Shown here in pieces: positions 53,367 through 64,000 of a stretch of 64,000 nucleotides of DNA (within the stretch, counting starts at the first letter, position 1; every line of letters starts with the position of its first letter). Below the pieces are notes generated by a model. It ran no database searches, was not told where the DNA came from, and was given only the letters and a program-made list of their open reading frames with translations. Position numbers and translations under genes: made by a program. The stretch is from Schmidtea nova (taxonomy: Eukaryota): contig CM097883.1 of the NCBI GenBank assembly GCA_044892505.1, positions 275,342,001 to 275,406,000 on the forward strand, in the 5' to 3' direction.

Positions 53367-53592
53367 TGGTGGGTTGTTGACCGTCAATATGACCTTGACG
53401 TTATTATGGCTCACATCAACAACTCAACATACAAAACATTAGTTTAACCATCTTGTTGCCCGTCACAAAGTAATGCAACAAATGGGTGGATATTCGCAAT
53501 CAGTAAGCGTCAAAAAATTCGAAACTATGATTGACCGAATATCTAAGTGGGTTCAAGGGCTACCGACAGAAGGTTTCGCGCCCATTTCTCCC
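53367..53592 (+). ncRNA. Copy D of the ~234-nt structured repeat (short deletion in domain 2)
   Basis: End-to-end similarity to copies A-C. Confidence 0.6.
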
Positions 53593-54484
53593 TTATTCAA
53601 CGATTTATTTACAAACATTCAATAAGACTTTAATCAGCAATTCAAAATAAATAATCTACATCAATATAAATTTTATTATTACATCAAAATGGATCATTCC
53701 GAACATCAAAACACTAACAAAGACAATTCATGTAATGATCCATTTAAAATACACATAACAAATTAATATACGCAGAAAAATCATAAAAAATCATATGTCA
53801 CCATCGTATTAGAGTATTCAGGTTATGCAAAATCTGTCCGCGGTTTTATTTCGCGAGCTCTTCCGTCAGATCGAGTATTAAATCAATCGATTTGCAACGT
53901 CTACAAGGGATATTATTTGATTTGGAGTTATTAAAACATTTATTTCAAGTAAGCAAAAGTTATTAATCCCAACAATGCAAGCATTCCTCACAACTTTATT
54001 TATAAAACATCACTCTTCATTGAAAAATCTGATAGCTACTCAATTCGGGGATCAAGGATTCCTTTAAAAATACATATAATCGGGGTATTTAATAACTTTT
54101 ATTTTGGTCTACATAACTATTAATTTTCATGATTTTTTTAAGGTTTTTAAGGTTAAAAATTTAATTAAACTTCATTTATATCCTAATCTTATTGTCTATC
54201 TTGCCTTATATGTTGTATTGAAATTTTGGTTAAAAATTTAACATTTAATTTTTAAATCTTTGCCGAGGCCTTAGCAACGGCTATAAGCATGGAATTTTAC
54301 TATTAATTTTATTTTATCTTGCCAAAAATATCATTAAATTTTCAAGGTAAATTACGGAAAGTATAAATTAATTTCGAAGATTAAATTAATTCCTGGATGG
54401 ATCTTTCCTATGTTTCCCCTACTAGGTTTGTCAATAAAGTATGTTTTGTTTTCTAAGTTTTATTTTGATTGTTACTTCTCCTAG

Positions 54485-54717
54485 CATTTAACTATGTCAG
54501 AAAATGCCTCCCATTATCGCGATCTCATTGTGCAAAATTTTGGGCACATTTGATGGAATTTATTCACGATCAAATTGGAAATTCTCTTTTCGACAGAGGA
54601 TCGGCAACCAGAAACAACTATGTCAAGCTGTCGATGCCCTGTGCTCAAATGCATGATTTGTTCTCGCGTTTTCTTGACTTGAATGATTCTAATGCTAGTG
54701 ATTTATATGATAATTAA
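54485..54717 (+). pseudogene. Orphan terminal-exon-like segment, weakly paralogous to ~63358-63580
   Basis: Pyrimidine tract plus AG at 54483-54484, open frame to TAA; ends FSRFLDLNDSNASDLYDN versus FSNFGLPELMRSMSDFYDI in the other locus. Confidence 0.3.
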
Positions 54718-55413
54718 TTTCACAGGCGACTCAATTATGTAATTGTGGAGTTTGATACCTCTATACCATAATCTATCATTCGAAAGAGTTATTGTGAGAA
54801 TTATTAGAGAGCACCAGTGCTCCAGTTAAATTTTTAGGAAATAAATGATTTTTTCTATTTTTATTTTTTGATCAATGATCAGGTAATTAATATGGATGTT
54901 TGGATAGATAACGAATAAAAATTTGATTATGATCGGTTTAGTTGGTAGTGGTATTTTATATCATATGGGGATGGTTTTATTATTGGGTTACGTTGGTGTT
55001 CTCTTGACGAGATGATTAAAATTTTTCTTTTGTAAGATGACAGATTTGATTTTTTGCTTAACATGCAGTTCGGATTACAGCATAGCGAAATCCGATTTTT
55101 AAGAGTACGCATGATCCGGCCTGTTAGTATGGGAGATTTTATAATATTATATTCACGGAATTTTACAAGATGATAATTAAATTCAGAATTTAGTTTTTAC
55201 GAAATTTTGAGTGAAATTAAACTTATCAATTAATGATTTTTATAAAGTAGTCAATTTTCAGTATGGTGACTTGGTAAAGTATGTTATCGGGTGAATTTGG
55301 TAGCGTCATGACAAATACGAATGAGGGAATTTTTATTGAGAGACTCTGGATGTAGTATGCTGTATATAACATTTCGATGAAGGAATTAATGTAATCTGGA
55401 TGTAAGTATGAAT

Positions 55414-58052
55414 TAGGGCTTCCAATTCCCGACATAAATTCCGATCCCGGGATTTCGGGATTGCATTTTATAAATTCCGGGATCCCGGGATTGACTTCCT
55501 CTTCTGAAAAAAATAATGTAAAGTAAAAACTAATAAAAACTAGCCATTTTTTTATTCAGTATAAAATTATCTTTTTATTTAAATTATTAATAACATATAT
55601 TATACTAGTAATTATTAAATTCATATATTAAGTAATTCATATTAAAATTCTTGATTAAGTCTTTTTTGTTGTTGGAAGTGGCATCTGAGGAAACAGAGCT
55701 TGTCTAGAACCTTATCATCCTAAGAAATTCCTAATTTATTACAAAATAAACTTGCAGAAGAAAAGGCTCTTTAGTTGGTTTTATCGTTTTTAAATATTTA
55801 TATGCACGCTTCAAATAATGGCCATGTGAGCCTCCATTTTCAAATAGAGCCATCTCTTTTTGAAGTTTGGAGACTATCGATTGACATTGATGTGGTATCA
55901 CTTGTGGACATGACATGCCATCATTTATTCCTTTATTAATTTCTTCGGCTGTAGTTAACGGTTGTACAGAAATAACTTAAGCAATTTCCTCATGTACAGA
56001 AACAACTTGAAATTCATCAACTTCCGTAACTATTGTAGAACATCCTGTTATGGAAATTGCATTCAATCTTTCAAGAAGATCTACAATTAATTTACGGCAT
56101 TTAGTTGGTTTTGGTACTATAATGAGCTTTTTGTCGGAGTAAGAGATTTCATTCAAGCCAATTATGTATGTAATATAAAAGTCCGCTTAAATCCATAAGA
56201 CGTTGCTTCAATCGAATAGTTAAAGCTGGTAACAGCTTTTGACTAATAATATTATCCGCGTCTTTCAGTTTCTTCAACGTAAAGCTAATAGCGATATCGG
56301 CCGTAATAAGGTTCACGTCCTGGCGACCAATAGCTTCAACAGTAGCCTTGATAGGTGTTAAAGCACCAACAATTTCAGAAATCGCTTGGATTTCATTTTG
56401 AGAAATATCTATAGATATATTTAATTTTACATCTATAAGAGCTTCCTGGACACAGTTTCTTAATAAGTAAAAACTTTCTAACATAGCCAATAGACTACTC
56501 CATCTAGTCTTGCAATCCTTTACTAACGGAATTTCTTTCCCGAAATCTTCTCGGACATATTTTTGCAAATAATTATTTTCGGTGGGTGAGCGTTTAAACA
56601 AAGATACTATTCTCCGCATTTTCTTTATTAGTGGCCCAAACGAAGCATCATTTACTTCACATGGTGGCAAACAGGTACGATCTGCCAATTCTGCTTCGTC
56701 ATAATAAAGATAAATATAAAGATAAATAAAGATAAATAAAGATAATATCCTTAAGCAAATTTAGTCCATGTTCATTTAACTTTTCTACTAACAATTCAAT
56801 ACACTTTTCTGCAGGCATTGTACCACTAATACGAACAAGACTCAAGCTCCAGAATTTTGATTCTTCAACATGTATGTTTATATTCATGTATCACCGATTC
56901 CGTAACGATGTCCACTCATCGAATGACAGAGAAAATCGTTCTCCTGATTTTCGTTGGAAAGCAATTTCAGCTTTAACCGAATTTTTTATTTCATTAGCGT
57001 AATCTAAAACAATTTTACAATTCGTGCTTGGTGACGAAGGCAGTTTTCCAAATTCCATGGCAGTTAAGGTCTAAAGTTAATATCTAAAGAATGACATAAA
57101 ACATTAAATGAAAGTCTATCTAGTGCAGATAACGTAACAGAGTTACAGGAAGAGATTTTTGCATACGCTCCAAAGAAGGAAAAAAATTAGTTAATTTTGT
57201 GACTCTTTTCTTCAAAGGTTCACCTGCTGTACTTGCGACATCTGAGTCGTTCTTATTCTTCAGTTGAATTTTGTGTATTGAAAATAAGTTAGTGTGTAGA
57301 CCTCTTGTCGTTGCACCACTAATTTTTAAAAGCTTTTTGCAATCGCTCACCTTACACATTGCAGTCTCACCTTTTTCATTGCGTAGGAAATGTTTCCATA
57401 CTGCTGAATTATTTTCTGTGAAATATTCTTTGTAGACAGCCCTTTTAATAAAGCCATAAATATAAAATAATATTAATTAAAAATACCGAATCCAACTAAC
57501 ATAATTTTTTCAATATATTTACTTACAGCGTATTACAATGCAATTTAAAAATACGATTAATTTAGAAATAGTAAACAATATTTTAATTTAAAACACTGAA
57601 ATGCACTTTAAATATAAAATATTATTTCAAAAAATATTAATCATATCGCATTACCTTTGCGATATATTTACGAATTACTATATAATTGCACAAGGAATAC
57701 TTAAAAAGCTATTTTATTTTAAATACAATTTTACTATGTAAATTCGACTTACTTTAACTTTTTGTTCACAAATACGAAAACATTCTAAAAATATTAATAT
57801 TTTCAAAATAATTATTGAAATTTAAAATTTATAAAGTGTAGCAACAAAAATAGTCATGGTTTATTTATCGACAATAATTCTGATTTAACGTTAAAAATTT
57901 TATATTTACAATATTTCGAAAGATAAGAATTCTCATACTATTTGACAAAACTTCGTAAAGTATGTAAATCCCGGGATTTCTGTACCATAATCCCGGGATT
58001 CCGGGATTGCAAAAAACCTCAATATCCCGGGATTCCGTTATTGGAAGCCCTA
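55414..58052 (-). mobile_element. hAT DNA transposon (2639 bp), transposase decayed
   Basis: TIR TAGGGCTTCCAAT; 8-bp TSD gtatgaat / gtatggat; subterminal CCCGGGAT repeats; BED-like CKVSDCKKLL; KDCKTRWSSLLAML; hAT dimerization-like IKPTKEPFLLQ fragment. Confidence 0.92.
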
Positions 58053-58068
58053 GTATGGATGTATCGAG

Positions 58069-58099
58069 AAATAAAGTCATTCTTGTGCGTTCGACTTCA
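58069..58099 (+). repeat. 3'-end remnant of an LTR from the short-LTR Gypsy family
   Basis: AAATAAAGTCATTCTTGTGCGTTCGACTTCA versus AAATAAAGTTATCTTGTGCGTTAGACTTCA at the end of the 13755-13852 LTR (minus strand). Confidence 0.6.
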
Positions 58100-60403
58100 T
58101 CTATTTGACTTGAAGTTTGTTTTTTAATGTTAATTTTATTTAATGTAATGTTAATAAATTTCAATTTTGAATCGTTTTTAAAGGTTTTGATTTTATGTTA
58201 ATAAAGTGTATGTGATATTAATTTAATACAAAATTTTTAATATACTTTTTACTTCAGTTTAGCTGGCTTTCCTCAACGAATATTGCGAATTCGTGCAAAT
58301 ACCAATTTTCACAATCTTCTCAAATGCTGATAAAATTCATTTGGAATAATTTACACTTTTTACGATATTCACTGTAAATGTATATATTCACAAATAAAAT
58401 AATATAAGCTACACAAAATACTAAATGTTTTTATGTCTTTAATTAAATACAAGTATAGATTGTTTGTTAAAAAATCATTGGTTATTTTGTCTACTTAAAA
58501 CTAATTATAACTTTAGAATGGTTTTATTTAGTATTTTTTAAATTAATTTAAATTTTTGAATAAATTAATTTTTTCTTAACCCAATTTTTGGACGAAAAAA
58601 ATTTGGACTATGTGATTTTTGGACAAAATTTTTTTTGACAATGATTTTGGATGAAAAAATTTGGAAGAAAAACATTTGGACGAATTGATAGAGAATCATG
58701 ATGAATAGATTAAATTAATGCAAAATAGAACAATAATAAAATACCTGGCAAGGAACAATAGGGGGAGATGATCGCGATGACTCCCTGTCTATCATCAGAA
58801 TGGTCCTTACGTTTGATGGGTTACTAGCTCGGTGAGAGTCACAGAATATTGATATCAGCAACAGATTCAGAATATATGGTCTTTTATAATTTTTTTTCTT
58901 GATGATGTTTCGGACTTTCTTGCTCGACAGTACATTTTCGAATAATTTTCGTGTATGGGTTCGCCTTTAGAAGTGTTTCAACTTGGAAGTCTCAAAATTC
59001 TGAAAAAGTTGAATTCTATTAGTGTTGTTTACATTAACGCGTTTAAAGAAACTGTTCTAGAACGAATTTTCTATTTTTCCAAAATTAAATTTTTTTACTA
59101 ATTTATTTAAGTTCGCTAAATTTTTATTTAAATCTATTTTCTTTGATATTTTATAAATCTTTAAGATAAAAATCAAAACATTTTTTCTGAAAATGTGCAA
59201 ATCTTTCCTAATTTATAATTTTATTTTGCAATTAATATTTTTATGTTATATTTATTTTTTCAACGTGTATGCTTGATAATTAGTCAGTTGTCAAAAAGCG
59301 CCGAATAGAGTCTTAGAAAAGGTTGTTTGGGGAATGATGTTCGGTTGAGAATAATTTTGGAAATTAGTTTTGTATTTGCTGTCGTTTTGTGGAACAAAAT
59401 AATGCAAAATTGTCAAACGGCGAAATTAAATTTGTTTCTTTGAGAATTAGGATTTTAAAGAGTGAAAATAACGGCGTCCATTTTAAGAAGTTATTCAATA
59501 TATGAGTGATTTGGTTAATAAATTGATTGTGAAGATGATGAATGGGAAAACAAAAATTTAGCAGCCACCAATATGTGTGATATTTGGTCGTTATATCGAT
59601 TTTAATTGTTTTCTTGTAAAATTTAGATGTAACACTCACAACTTTCCTGAGCATTAGCAGTCACGGAGACGCAGCTCATCTTTTACATACATATTCAACC
59701 ACTTGATACAGTGTCAACGTTGCCAAACGAGAAGGATAAAAATTTTTCATGTTTGAGTATTGAAGGTTAGGTGTGAAGCAAGAGTTCATATTATAGTAAT
59801 ATTAAAAATAAGTAATTTATATATACATGAATCTGATTGGCTACACAGACGATGACGAGTATAAATAAGCAAACAAAATTAGTCATAGTCATAAAATGCA
59901 AAATCTTTTCAGTAATGAAAAATTGAGTCTAATTAAAGATTTAGTGAAAATGAAACCAGTTAAGAACAAAATCAAATCAAACCAAACCAAACATGATTTC
60001 AGACCGGTTCAAATGTTTCAGGATTATCTAATGTGTTTCTTAGTAAATGAAATCCCATTCAAGTTCTCATATCCAGTAAAGCTGTCGACTTCGCAATATT
60101 CCAACTTAATTGGTCAACTTTTTTTAATTATTATTTATTTATTTATTATTAATTATTTAAANNNNNNNNNNNNNNNNNNNNNNNNNNNNNNNNNNNNNNN
60201 NNNNNNNNNNNNNNNNNNNNNNNNNNNNNNNNNNNNNNNNNNNNNNNNNNNNNNNNNNNNNNNNNNNNNNNNNNNNNNNNNNNNNNNNNNNNNNNNNNNN
60301 NNNNNNNNNNNNNNNNNNNNNNNNNNCCTTTGATCTTTTTTTATTATTATTATTAATAATTCTCATAATGACTATAGATCAAAATTTTTTTTTATAAACA
60401 ATA

Positions 60404-60436
60404 ACACAATATTTCGGCACAGCCTTTAGCAAGTGT
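60404..60436 (-). ncRNA. Minimal hammerhead, U3-A8 family, with A6C change (probably inactive)
   Basis: ACAC-UUGCUAA-A-GGC(UGU)GCC-GAAA-UAU-U-GUGU. Confidence 0.55.
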
Positions 60437-60864
60437 GTATTTCTATCGTTATATTTAAATAAATATAATTTTAAGGTGCAGCGCATTATTTTGTGTTGTA
60501 TATAGCGTAAGGAGTTTGTAGCTAAATCAAATCTCTATTTAAAAGACGTTTGTTAATTTTTTTAAGGAAGTTGAGCGTAGACATTGAGAGAATAACGCGT
60601 AAGACCTTCTAGTGGCAGCGGGAACCCGTGAAAATAAATGGGGAGTAGTTCCAGCAGTGGAGCTCACCTGCCCATCATTTTTCAACCACCGCGAGCAGTT
60701 CCAACCTAACTAGATAGGGAATAGTTAGGGGCTTGCGAGTGAAACGATTTGTTTTTATGTATGGTTATGGGTGAGGCATCCCTAGTATACTTATTTATGA
60801 TTATTTTTTTAATTATTATTTATTTATTTATTATTAATTATTTAAAACAGACCCATAAACCCAG

Positions 60865-60951
<87 letters not shown>

Positions 60952-61034
60952 CATAATTATCTTTTTTCACCTTTGATCTTTTTTTATTATTATTATTAAT
61001 AATATTATTAATAATAATATTATTAATAACGGAT

Positions 61035-61267
61035 TGTGTTTCTGACGTTTCCTATTGTTGCGTTTATTGTGGTATGGTTCGTTAAGGAAGTGTTTCTTTA
61101 CAAATTCTTCAGGGTATCCATTTTGGAGGAATCGTATTTTGAAGAAACATTAGAAAACTTCAAAATACGATTCCTCCAAAATGGATACCCTGAATAATTT
61201 GTAAAGAAACACTTCCTTAACGAACCATACCACAATAAACGCAACAATAGGAAACGTCAGAAACACA
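61035..61267. repeat. Near-perfect palindrome: 110-bp arms (61035-61144, 61158-61267) with a 13-nt spacer
   Basis: Left arm is the reverse complement of the right arm, one mismatch seen. Confidence 0.93.
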
Positions 61268-61869
61268 ATAACAATAACGAACACACAACATATCTAAGAT
61301 TACCTTTCCTTAATGACACTACAGCCAACAAAATCACCAACATTTTTAATCAAACAGATTTGCCTATCCACATCCGTCAACGTTCATAACCTCCGCACCG
61401 TTAAAATCACAACTCCGAAAGCCACCAATTTCCAACATCTCCAAACATAAATGTCTTTGCCGTTCCACAACCCGATGCTTTTGCTTTTCCAAAAATATAG
61501 TATATAAACTTTCTTGCCAAAAATGTGACGCTACTTTCATAGGAGAAACACATAGAACTTTTCGCACCCGACTTAATCAACACACTAAAATCAAAACCAG
61601 TAATTATTACGAACACTGGGAGAAAGTACATAAAACAACTCCATCTATAGAAGAAACAAAATGCCAGATTCTACAAGAGGGATTCAAAAATTCATTACAA
61701 AGATTAGCTTCCGAGACTTTTTTCATAAAAAAATTCAAACCGTCCATCAACATTCAATTCGCACAAAAAAATTAAAATAAATTTTTTCATCCAATAAAAT
61801 CATTATAAAATATTAAAAAAATAATTAAGGCTACTATTTAGGATTAAGTAAATATAACGATAGAAATAC

Positions 61870-61902
61870 ACACTTGCTAAAGGCTGTGCCGAAATATTGT
61901 GT
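61870..61902 (+). ncRNA. Minimal hammerhead, U3-A8 family, with A6C change
   Basis: Identical to the 60404-60436 copy, in opposite orientation. Confidence 0.55.
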
Positions 61903-61954
61903 TATTGTTTATAAAAAAAAATTTTGATCTATAGTCATTATGAGAATTATTGAT

Positions 61955-62010
<56 letters not shown>

Positions 62011-62014
<4 letters not shown>

Positions 62015-62157
62015 ATCAATAATTCTCATAATGACTATAGATCAAAATTTTTTTTTATAAACAATAACACAATTGATAAAGGCTGTGCCGAAATATTGTG
62101 TTATTGTTTATAAAAAAAAATTTTGATCTATAGTCATTATGAGAATTATTGATAATA
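62011..62157 (+). repeat. Perfect 62-bp-arm hairpin whose loop is a U3-A8 hammerhead core
   Basis: 62011-62072 pairs with 62096-62157; loop TTGATAAAGGCTGTGCCGAAATA. Confidence 0.85.
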
Positions 62158-62926
62158 ATAATAAAAAAAGATCAAAGGNNNNNNNNNNNNNNNNNNNNNN
62201 NNNNNNNNNNNNNNNNNNNNNNNNNNNNNNNNNNNNNNNNNNNNNNNNNNNNNNNNNNNNNNNNNNNNNNNNNNNNNNNNNNNNNNNNNNNNNNNNNNNN
62301 NNNNNNNNNNNNNNNNNNNNNNNNNNNNNNNNNNNNNNNNNTCCTAATTAACTATTTTTTCATGATGTTTCATAAATTGGGGTTCTTATGTTAGAATTTT
62401 AATTAAAACTCATTATTTAAATCTAATATTTAAAATTTTTAAAATTTGCCGAGGCCCTGACAACAGTATCTAAGTGTTTCCTTAATTTTTATAATTTTAT
62501 GATCTAAAGCTATCAAATTTTATTTTTTTTAAATTATTTAAATTTATAATTCTAATTTAAAATTTCTGTAAAAGTTAAATTAAACTTCGTAAAATTATGC
62601 AAAAATTAACTATTATTATTATTACACTATTATTTTAGCATCTTGTTTAAAACGAAATTTAAAAAGAAATCTATTTATTAGCAACTCTCAGGCTGATTGG
62701 TTGAATTTGAAAAGGTTAGGAATTAACGATTCTAACATTTTATTTTTAGGTTACTGGATTCCCACAACTCGTTCCCTACAGATTCCTAAGAATTTGTACC
62801 GTTCTATGCTCTCTTGCAATTCCCCTTATCTCAGTTAAGCAAATCATTCATATTTTCAGGTGGAAGATTTTTCAGGCCAATATCCTCCAGTTTTTGAGTT
62901 TAGCGTTTCAGGCATGACAAGTAAAT

Positions 62927-63303
62927 GGTACTTGTACACAATTCCCCCCACATTTGACATTAATCAAAAATCAAAGATTTATTTTTATTCCTACAATTTT
63001 CATTGATTTTATACAGTAGCAGAACATTTAGTAGCAGAACATTACGACCAGAACATTGGTAGCAGAACATCTTTTGTGATGGTTTTTATGAGCAAAAGTT
63101 CATTACTTGAACATTTATTACTGTTACATTATAGTATGATGATATATGTGATTATTTTGTATGTGTAATGAACTTTTGATGTAAATGTTTTGATTTAAAT
63201 GTTTTAATAATTTTAATAAATGTTTTTTAATTAATGTAAAAGCATGATTTTTTGATTGATTTTTGATTAATGTCAAATGTAGGGGGAATTGTGTACAAGT
63301 GCC
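62927..63303. mobile_element. Merlin-type MITE (377 bp)
   Basis: ~45-bp TIR starting GG(T/C)ACTTGTACACAATTCCCCC; perfect 8-bp TSD AAGTAAAT; internal AGCAGAACATT repeats. Confidence 0.9.
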
Positions 63304-64000
63304 AAGTAAATTAATTTTTTTGCTTACAAATTTTCCTAACTTTCTTGTATTTTCAGACGAATTATATTAGTCAGTGGGAAAACTATAGAGGCTCGACTCC
63401 ATATGGAGGCAATTTCATTTTAATGAATCTTCTCGTGCAAATCGTTATTCGAATTTACCCAAACCTTATCCTGAATCAATCTAGTCTTTATGGGTGGAAT
63501 TTATGATTCTTCTCGAACTTTGGATTGCCAGAACTTATGCGTAGTATGAGCGACTTTTATGATATTTTATCTTTAATTTTTCTTTATGGTAAGATTTTAA
63601 ATAAACCGATGATCTTATTTAATTTTATTTCTTTTTTCAATAAATTTTATATCCTTCAATAATTAGATAAATCGATTTGTGAAATGAATTTTGTTTGAGA
63701 TCTAGGACTATCTTGATTCTACCGAGGGGTTAGATCTAGAGTCTGGTATTCGGGTCACTTTTGTCAAGTATTGCATACATGCGTTTTGTTGGATTGAGGT
63801 CTAAATAATGAACAATATAAATAATAATAATTAGATTTTTATGATTTGTTAGGCTGAAATATTAAGATATTACTTTCGTCACAAAATTATATTGGATATG
63901 AAATGAAGTATTAATTTTTCTGGGTAGCACATTTGATAGCATTTTCTTTTACCGATTGAATCAAAACTTCAATGAAAACCAATTTACGAGTAGTTGAAAT

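Larger units (their letters stand above)
60348..62178 (+). mobile_element. 5'-truncated Penelope-like element (RT C-terminus plus GIY-YIG) with direct and inverted terminal repeats carrying hammerheads
   Basis: FLQNGYPE, YLRLPFLND, GETHRTFRTRLNQH, LASETFFIKKFKPSINIQF; terminal repeat at ~61850-61960, inverted copy at ~60348-60470, further copy at 62073-62178. Confidence 0.85.

Noticed and set aside
58760-58805. Hammerhead on the minus strand (CTGATGATAGACAGGGAGTC)
   Set aside because: Shares words with the decayed motif near 27400 but lacks GAAA and stems I and III
8049-62394. ORF-track entries made mostly of X, and IYIYIY ORFs
   Set aside because: Artefacts of N-gaps and (TA)n microsatellites; only the 31491-31590 part is a real GM130 exon

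Overview
Very AT-rich animal genomic DNA with nine N-gaps, many (TA)n tracts and both 40-55 nt and multi-kb GT-AG introns. A 42-nt match to the freshwater-planarian spliced leader (reference recalled from memory, not searched) suggests a dugesiid planarian. Two host genes can be assembled by hand: a GM130/golgin-A2 orthologue (minus, 20389-45764, TE-filled introns) and a 4-exon tandem DUF1330-like gene (plus, 9649-11647). There is also an intronless RING ORF and a decayed proteasome alpha-6 copy. The rest is mostly transposon debris: two Gypsy LTR elements, two Penelope-like elements, Tigger/pogo, mariner, Tc1-like, hAT, Merlin, MULE-like and piggyBac pieces. The most unusual signals are: (1) a spliced-leader exon 17 nt inside the 5' end of a Gypsy LTR; (2) a ~234-nt structured repeat in four copies with G-U and compensatory pairs and no TIR, TSD or tail, twice next to intronless gene copies; (3) several minimal hammerhead ribozymes, including a family with a compensatory U3-A8 core; (4) a Gypsy element with 98-bp LTRs and no canonical tRNA primer site. 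All calls come from manual reading; no database searches or folding programs were run.
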